64,000 bases of DNA, taken from positions 18,330 through 82,329 of the forward strand of contig CAZCLK010000001.1 of assembly GCA_964499575.1 (NCBI GenBank), in the 5' to 3' direction. The notes beneath the pieces are model-generated. The model was not told the origin of the DNA. It did no database searches and worked only from the letters and a program-made list of their open reading frames with translations. Made by a program: the position numbers and the translations under genes. Source of the DNA: an uncultured Oscillospiraceae bacterium. GTDB taxonomy: Bacteria > Bacillota > Clostridia > Saccharofermentanales > Saccharofermentanaceae. The stretch's first letter is position 1. Every line of letters begins with the position of its first letter. Positions 58,819-64,000 of the stretch are shown here, piece by piece.

Positions 58819-59967
58819 CTACACAAAGCTCCGGAAAACCTCGTTGCCGAAGTCCAGTCCCTTCTGACTTAAAAACCAAAAGTCCCCGGTTTTTTCGATC
58901 AGGCCAAGCAGAAGGAGCGACTCCAGTTCAGACCCGAAAATCTCCTCTGCGGGAACCCCGAAACGCCCCATAAATCCGGTCGCCGATATCCCGGATATTT
59001 TACGAAACCCAAGGAGCATATACTCTTTCATTTCGGCTTTGCCGTCGATCCGCTCGCACTCCTCGCGGATTGCCTCGAGTCGCGGAGGGTCTTCGAATAA
59101 TGCCTCGATATACCGCCGGATATTCTTCGTGTTTCCGATCCGCTGTCCGCCGGTATATGAGTGCGCGCCGCACCCGAAGCCGTAATACGGAAGCGCATCC
59201 CAATAAACCGTGTTGTGGCGGCTTTCAAAGCCCGTCTTCGCATAATTACTGATTTCATAGTGGCGATATCCGGCGCCGGTCAAAAGACGCCGGGTCGTAT
59301 GATACATATCCCGTTCTTCCTCATCGGAAGGAAGCAAATCGGGGCGTCCGGAATACTTATCGAAAAACCGGGTGCCCTCTTCAAGGCTGAGCGAATAGCA
59401 TGAGACGTGAGGGACACGCAACTCCGTCAGGTGCAAAACAGAACCGATGACATCCTCGAGCGTCTGTTCCGGGACACCGAGCATCAGATCGCAGGATATG
59501 TTCGAAAAACCGGCTTCCCCGGCAAGCGCGATTGCATGATCGGCGTCCCGCGATGTATGTATTCTTCCGAGCCCTCGAAGGACACGGTCCGAAAAGCTTT
59601 GAACACCGACCGAGAGCCGGTTGAAACCGACCTCTTTATATCCCTGAAGATGAGATTTTGTAACCGTGCCCGGATTGACCTCTATCGTAATCTCTGCCGC
59701 ATCATGAACGCCGAAAGAATTTCGCAGTTTTTCGAGGATCCTTCCGGCTTCTTCGGGCGTCAGGAGTGACGGTGTCCCTCCGCCCAGATAAACGGAAGAG
59801 AGCGGTCCGCCCGGGGTATGCCCGGATGTCCGATCGATCTCGCGAAGGAGCGCCGTAAGGTAAGGGTCCTTAAGGCCGGTTACTTGATCAAACGACGTGA
59901 AATCACAGTAGGGACATTTTCGAACACAAAAAGGGACGTGGACATACGCGGCGGAACATGCGTTCAT
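58819..59967 (-). CDS. hemW: Radical SAM heme chaperone HemW (HemN-like, oxygen-independent coproporphyrinogen oxidase family)
   Basis: 382 aa. YVHVPFCVRKCPYCDF (CxxxCxxC) and GGGTPS. It sits upstream of hrcA, as in the Bacillus lepA-hemN-hrcA arrangement. Confidence 0.9.
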   Translation of the reverse strand: MNACSAAYVHVPFCVRKCPYCDFTSFDQVTGLKDPYLTALLREIDRTSGHTPGGPLSSVYLGGGTPSLLTPEEAGRILEKLRNSFGVHDAAEITIEVNPGTVTKSHLQGYKEVGFNRLSVGVQSFSDRVLRGLGRIHTSRDADHAIALAGEAGFSNISCDLMLGVPEQTLEDVIGSVLHLTELRVPHVSCYSLSLEEGTRFFDKYSGRPDLLPSDEEERDMYHTTRRLLTGAGYRHYEISNYAKTGFESRHNTVYWDALPYYGFGCGAHSYTGGQRIGNTKNIRRYIEALFEDPPRLEAIREECERIDGKAEMKEYMLLGFRKISGISATGFMGRFGVPAEEIFGSELESLLLLGLIEKTGDFWFLSQKGLDFGNEVFRSFV

Positions 59968-60638
59968 GCGTTCAGTCGCTCCGCTTCTTTACGGACAATA
60001 TAGGACAAATAGGAGGCAAACCGTTTAAAACTCGGGGAGCCGTTATGGTCCGGATCCATATACTCGGAAATCCGAAGTGCCCATTCGTGCTTATATTGTC
60101 CGATTGCCGGATAACCGACGCGGATTACACGTTCCGCCTTGTGGCCGAGGAGGCATCGGCAAAGGATTTCCCACGTACCGCAGACACTGTCCTGTTCATA
60201 ATCTTCAAGCACAGACATGTCCGCCTCGGGGTATGCCGTAAGCAACGCTTTTTTATCCCCGATGAGCCAGGACTCGGTCTCCTCGACGCAAAGTCCGATG
60301 ACAAACGGTAAAGACGGCGCATGCCTCTTGCATAGAGTAATCAATTGATCCTTCAGTTCGGCCGGCGAGTTGTAGTCGGAATCCATCACCACGACCAGCA
60401 CAAGATCCGTACCCGCATAAATTCTGTCGTAGGCCCGCAGTTTGGCGGGAAGAAGATCCAGAAGTCCGGAAGCTTCCGGCTTCGGCGGCTGGTAGGGATT
60501 AGCCGGAACATCCCCTCTGCCCCGGTGCGGACGGACGGATATCTCGTAATCCGAAATGATCGGCGCGAGAATCCTATTCATCAAACGGTTCATCACAACG
60601 GCACCCGACCGGTCTTCCGTCAATACCTCAAAACGCAT
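59964..60638 (-). CDS. DUF4276-like protein with TOPRIM-like Glu/DxD motifs (putative nuclease effector)
   Basis: The ATG at 60638 has GGAG upstream; an alternative GTG lies at 60647. Motifs are RFEVLTEDRSG, LVLVVVMDSDYN and GLCVEETESWLIGD. The stop overlaps the hemW start (ATGA). The family call is from motif recollection. Confidence 0.65.
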   Translation of the reverse strand: MRFEVLTEDRSGAVVMNRLMNRILAPIISDYEISVRPHRGRGDVPANPYQPPKPEASGLLDLLPAKLRAYDRIYAGTDLVLVVVMDSDYNSPAELKDQLITLCKRHAPSLPFVIGLCVEETESWLIGDKKALLTAYPEADMSVLEDYEQDSVCGTWEILCRCLLGHKAERVIRVGYPAIGQYKHEWALRISEYMDPDHNGSPSFKRFASYLSYIVRKEAERLNA

Positions 60639-60653
60639 TTTTGTCACTCCGGC

Positions 60654-61865
60654 TCAATCGTCAAAATGCCCCGAATACCAAATCGCACCCATTCCGACGC
60701 CCTGACGGTACATTTCCGATACAATGGGATCGGCTCCCGCGCAACGGATATCGACAGAGTCCGCATCTTCACTCTCCGCTCGTTTAAAAATCCACACCTC
60801 ATCGGGCGCCATCGCCTCAAGGATGTACGGATTGTGCGTGGAAAATATGATTTGAGAAAACGGATGCCTTATCGTATAGTCGCGGAATTCCGCCGACAGC
60901 ACGTCAACCATGTCGTGGTACAATTCCAGATCCGGAGTTTCCACGCAAATCAGGGGGCGCGGCATGGGGTCATTCAAGAGAAGCAGGTAAAGAAAGAGCC
61001 GGTTCGGGCTGTCGCGGAAGTCGTCGGGTAATTTATCTTTGACTTTGCCGACCGCCGGGATCTTCTCCTCGATCCGGTCCATCAGCCGCTGATAATAGTG
61101 AGGGTCCTCTTCTTTCAGATATTGAAGGACATTATTGACATTGGATCCGTCGCTATTCAGGTGTTTGTGGCCGCCGGGAGCTATCTGCTGTTTCGATCCG
61201 TTGTTGATCTTCGGACTGCTGAACCGGCAAAAAAACCAATGCGTGATCTCCCGTTGCAATGCATTCAGCACGGCGCACTGAAGGATGTTGCCGTAAGATC
61301 TCAAAGCAGAGTGCCCGGAATCCATGATATCGGCATCGATCAGCATTTCCCCGAACATGACTTTACCTTTGCCTTTTTGAACATCGAGCACGGTAATAAA
61401 GTTGTCTTCCTTATTCGGATTGATTCCGTAACGGACTTTCTCGGAGTCATACGAGGGCTTGCCGTACGGATCCGGGATCAGGGAAAAGCAATAGGACAGA
61501 TAGAATTTGTCGGGTAACGCCGGGTTGTGTCCGTTCGACATGATAAACATCAGTTCAAATTCCATCCGGTCCGCTCCCGCCGACAGGAGTTTCGAAAAAC
61601 CGGGACGTCCGCGGATGACGGAAGCCTCCGCGCAGCCCTTGGTAACGCAATCGGAAATAAATGAAAGACAATCGAAAAATGAACTCTTTCCGGACTGATT
61701 CCGACCGATGATCGCGTTAAGGCTGGTCAGAGGAACGACCGGGGATATGCCGGCGGACATCAATTGGCCGTTTTGAACCCGGCCGGATAAAAAATCCCCG
61801 AGAAGCGCTCCCGCGCTGTCGTCGAGGAATAATTTGGCATTTCGGATCCGGATTCCCAACAGCAT
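60654..61865 (-). CDS. ABC-type (AAA_21-like) ATPase
   Basis: 403 aa. Walker A GRNQSGKSS, signature-like LNSDGSNV, Walker B region PLICVETPDLELYH, H-loop IIFSTHNPYIL. AAGGAG lies 7 nt upstream of the ATG. Confidence 0.8.
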   Translation of the reverse strand: MLLGIRIRNAKLFLDDSAGALLGDFLSGRVQNGQLMSAGISPVVPLTSLNAIIGRNQSGKSSFFDCLSFISDCVTKGCAEASVIRGRPGFSKLLSAGADRMEFELMFIMSNGHNPALPDKFYLSYCFSLIPDPYGKPSYDSEKVRYGINPNKEDNFITVLDVQKGKGKVMFGEMLIDADIMDSGHSALRSYGNILQCAVLNALQREITHWFFCRFSSPKINNGSKQQIAPGGHKHLNSDGSNVNNVLQYLKEEDPHYYQRLMDRIEEKIPAVGKVKDKLPDDFRDSPNRLFLYLLLLNDPMPRPLICVETPDLELYHDMVDVLSAEFRDYTIRHPFSQIIFSTHNPYILEAMAPDEVWIFKRAESEDADSVDIRCAGADPIVSEMYRQGVGMGAIWYSGHFDD

Positions 61866-61886
61866 CGGGATACTCCTTTGCGCGTT

Positions 61887-62378
61887 CTACTTGAGTTCTT
61901 TCTTATTTTTCTGAACCTTGACGAGCATCTCCGTCAACTGGTTCTCGATCTCCGTCAGTCGCTGTCTGGCGTAATCGGTTGATGCGACGCGGATCTGCCA
62001 AGCGGCCTGATTTGCCTGTTCCACGGTCGATTGAGCCATTTCCCTTGCCCGAAGCGTAATCTCATGCTCATCGACCATGATCGCGGAACGCTGCTCCGTC
62101 TCACGCAATATACTTTCCGCCTTCTGGCGGGCACTGGCGACAATCTGGCGGTTCTGCTCGACAATCCAACGCGCCTGACGAACCTCCTCGGGTAAATTCT
62201 CCCGGATCTGATTGATCCAATAGAGAACATCCTGCCGGTCTACGACACAGTTGTCCGAAAAAGGAAGCCCCTTGGCTTGAGTAACCGTTTCCTGAAGCTG
62301 ATCGAGCAATTCAAACAAATCCGTCTCGCTGGATCGATTGGAACGGACATTGTCCTGCGCTCCATACTCCTCCATCAA
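61887..62378 (-). CDS. Hypothetical coiled-coil protein
   Basis: 163 aa, Gln/Glu/Arg-rich heptad-like sequence (EQNRQIVASARQKAESILRETEQRS...). The start overlaps the coaD stop by 4 nt. Confidence 0.55.
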   Translation of the reverse strand: MMEEYGAQDNVRSNRSSETDLFELLDQLQETVTQAKGLPFSDNCVVDRQDVLYWINQIRENLPEEVRQARWIVEQNRQIVASARQKAESILRETEQRSAIMVDEHEITLRAREMAQSTVEQANQAAWQIRVASTDYARQRLTEIENQLTEMLVKVQKNKKELK

Positions 62379-62869
62379 TTCTCCGCCTTCCTTTCAATGA
62401 TCTTGGACTGTACAAAATCGACAATCTTCGGATTCACCATTTTCGAAATGTCTCCGCCGAAAAGGGCAACTTCTTTGATTGTAGATGAACTGATATATAC
62501 CATATCCGTACTGCACGGGAGAAGAATCAGGTCATATTCCGGGAGAAGGAGTTTGTTGACGGCCGCCATTTCCGCTTCGATGCGATAATCCGACTCGCCC
62601 CGCAGACCGCGAACTACGGCGGAAGCTCCGAGTTTACTGTACAGATCCACCAGAAGCCCTTCAAACATGATCACTTCGACGCCGTCGATTCCCGAAAGAC
62701 ACATCTTGGCCATGGAAACGCGTTCTTCGGTCGTAAATGCGGGCGCTTTGCCGGGGTTGCTCAAAACAGCCACCACCAGACGGTCACAAAGAGCGGCTGC
62801 CCTCCGCGCGATGTCCTGATGCCCCAGAGAAAAGGGATCGAAGCTTCCGGGGAACAAAAAGGTCTTCAC
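62375..62869 (-). CDS. coaD: Phosphopantetheine adenylyltransferase
   Basis: 164 aa. FPGSFDPFSLGHQDI (T/HxGH-type motif) and ISSSTIKE. Confidence 0.93.
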   Translation of the reverse strand: MKTFLFPGSFDPFSLGHQDIARRAAALCDRLVVAVLSNPGKAPAFTTEERVSMAKMCLSGIDGVEVIMFEGLLVDLYSKLGASAVVRGLRGESDYRIEAEMAAVNKLLLPEYDLILLPCSTDMVYISSSTIKEVALFGGDISKMVNPKIVDFVQSKIIERKAEN

Positions 62870-62889
62870 GATATAACCCCCAAATCATC

Positions 62890-63447
62890 CTATCTGTTAT
62901 AAAATGTTAACAGAGTCGTTCCGTACTTACAACATCGGATCAATGTCAAGTTGATTACATTTCCCTCGAAGGTTGTATCGGCGGAATGCTCGATGATCAG
63001 CACGCCTCCTTCATTCAGAAGATCGTTTCCGGCGATCAGTTCAGTCGTTTTTTTGAACGCCGATGCGGCTTCCGCATAGGGCGGATCCATAAAAATGATA
63101 TCAAAACGCCTGTTTGAGTCCGCTAATTTTTTAATAGCGGAGTATACGTCCGAGATGACGATTTCGGTCTGCTCTTCGGCATGAAGTCTCTCGATATTGC
63201 TTTGAATGACGGCCGCGACGTTTCTACTGTGCTCGACCATGACCACCTCCGATGCGCCCCGGCTCAGTGCCTCAAGTCCGATTTGACCGCTTCCCGCAAA
63301 CAAGTCCAGAAAGCGCGCGCCCGGAATGCGCATCTGAAGGATCGAGAAAAGCGCTTCCTTGACCTTATCCGACGTCGGACGTGTTTTTTCGCCCTTCGGC
63401 GCGATTAAATGCGTGCCTTTATATTTTCCCGATACAACTCTGGGCAT
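62890..63447 (-). CDS. rsmD: 16S rRNA (guanine966-N2)-methyltransferase RsmD
   Basis: 185 aa. LDLFAGSGQIGLEALSRGA and the DPPY motif. Confidence 0.92.
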   Translation of the reverse strand: MPRVVSGKYKGTHLIAPKGEKTRPTSDKVKEALFSILQMRIPGARFLDLFAGSGQIGLEALSRGASEVVMVEHSRNVAAVIQSNIERLHAEEQTEIVISDVYSAIKKLADSNRRFDIIFMDPPYAEAASAFKKTTELIAGNDLLNEGGVLIIEHSADTTFEGNVINLTLIRCCKYGTTLLTFYNR

Positions 63448-63485
63448 TTCAATTCTCCTCGTACATCAAATCTTTTATCCGATCA

Positions 63486-64000
63486 TTATAACGGCGGCCG
63501 ATCCATCTCCAAACCGAAGCGACGGCGGAACGCGTCGAAAAGCCTCGCGGATTCGGTTTGGGTCAAGCCGCCCTCCTCTTTGAAAAGTTCGTCGACCGTT
63601 TGTGCGATGTGCGCCAAAAGACCTGCGTCCCGATACAGATTGGCAATGCGCAAGGCAGGCAGACCGTGCTGTCTCGTTCCGAAAAAGTCTCCCGGACCTC
63701 TCAGTTCAAGATCTTTTTCCGCGAGGACGAATCCGTCGGTCGTTGAACACACTGTCTTCAGCCGCTTGACGGCAAGCTCCTCCTCGCTGTCCGATTTAAG
63801 TATACACACTGAACGGTACGGTCCGCGACCGATCCTGCCGCGGAGCTGGTGAAGTGTCGCCAATCCGAAACGCTCGGCGTTCTCGATGACCATCAGCGAA
63901 GCGTTGGGATTATCGACACCGACCTCAACCACCGTGGTCGAAACCAGAAGGTTTACGCTCCCGTCGGCGAATCCGAGCATCACCTCATCCTTTTTGCCGG
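63486..64000 (-). CDS. recG: ATP-dependent DNA helicase RecG, C-terminal part (gene continues past the right edge)
   Basis: Helicase motifs V-VI: TTVVEVGVDNPNASLMVIENAERFGLATLHQLRGRIGRG. The reading frame is open to position 64000. Confidence 0.9.
   Translation of the reverse strand, partial: GKKDEVMLGFADGSVNLLVSTTVVEVGVDNPNASLMVIENAERFGLATLHQLRGRIGRGPYRSVCILKSDSEEELAVKRLKTVCSTTDGFVLAEKDLELRGPGDFFGTRQHGLPALRIANLYRDAGLLAHIAQTVDELFKEEGGLTQTESARLFDAFRRRFGLEMDRPPL

Overview
A 64-kb chromosomal window from a moderately GC-rich Firmicute. It looks Clostridia-like: HrcA/CIRCE heat-shock control, a T-box leader, lipoprotein sugar-binding proteins and YesLMN-type sensor modules. I saw no rRNA, CRISPR array, transposase, integrase or phage structural genes.

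Gene content, left to right:
- 1-8.1 kb: an accessory patch on the minus strand. It holds a response-regulator fragment, an FtsX-type ABC exporter, a GNAT, two APH-family kinases, an unknown helical protein, and a membrane-tethered XRE regulator with a membrane partner.
- 8.5-22.5 kb: a plus-strand hemicellulose locus. It encodes a type-B carboxylesterase, GH43, GH51 and GH10 (none with a signal peptide), then YesL/YesM/YesN-like sensing and an LplABC-like ABC importer.
- 22.6-25 kb: a small redox cluster with a C_GCAxxG_C_C protein, a TetR regulator and two flavodoxin-like proteins, with a clear tandem-palindrome operator.
- 25-33.9 kb: a minus-strand galactan (gan-like) locus: GH53 galactanase, LacI regulator, binding protein, two permeases and a GH35 beta-galactosidase.
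- 34.3-40.3 kb: uncharacterised genes. These are a PPC/DUF296 protein, a DUF4003-like protein, a zinc-ribbon protein and a 990-aa membrane-anchored Pro/Thr-linker surface protein.
- 40.4-64 kb: tRNA-Leu(UAG), then housekeeping genes: corA, lepA, lepB, aspS, hisS, rsmE, an AIM24-like gene, a T-box-controlled TrpB2-like gene, mutY, prmA-dnaJ-dnaK-clpP-grpE-hrcA with a perfect CIRCE, hemW, coaD, rsmD and the recG 3' end.

The best candidate for an undescribed system is a two-gene cassette at 59964-61865. It pairs an ABC/AAA_21-type ATPase with a TOPRIM-like DUF4276 protein. It is inserted between the recG-rsmD-coaD string and hemW-hrcA, and its stop codon overlaps the hemW start (ATGA).

All calls come from reading the translated ORFs and the DNA by eye. 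No database searches were run.
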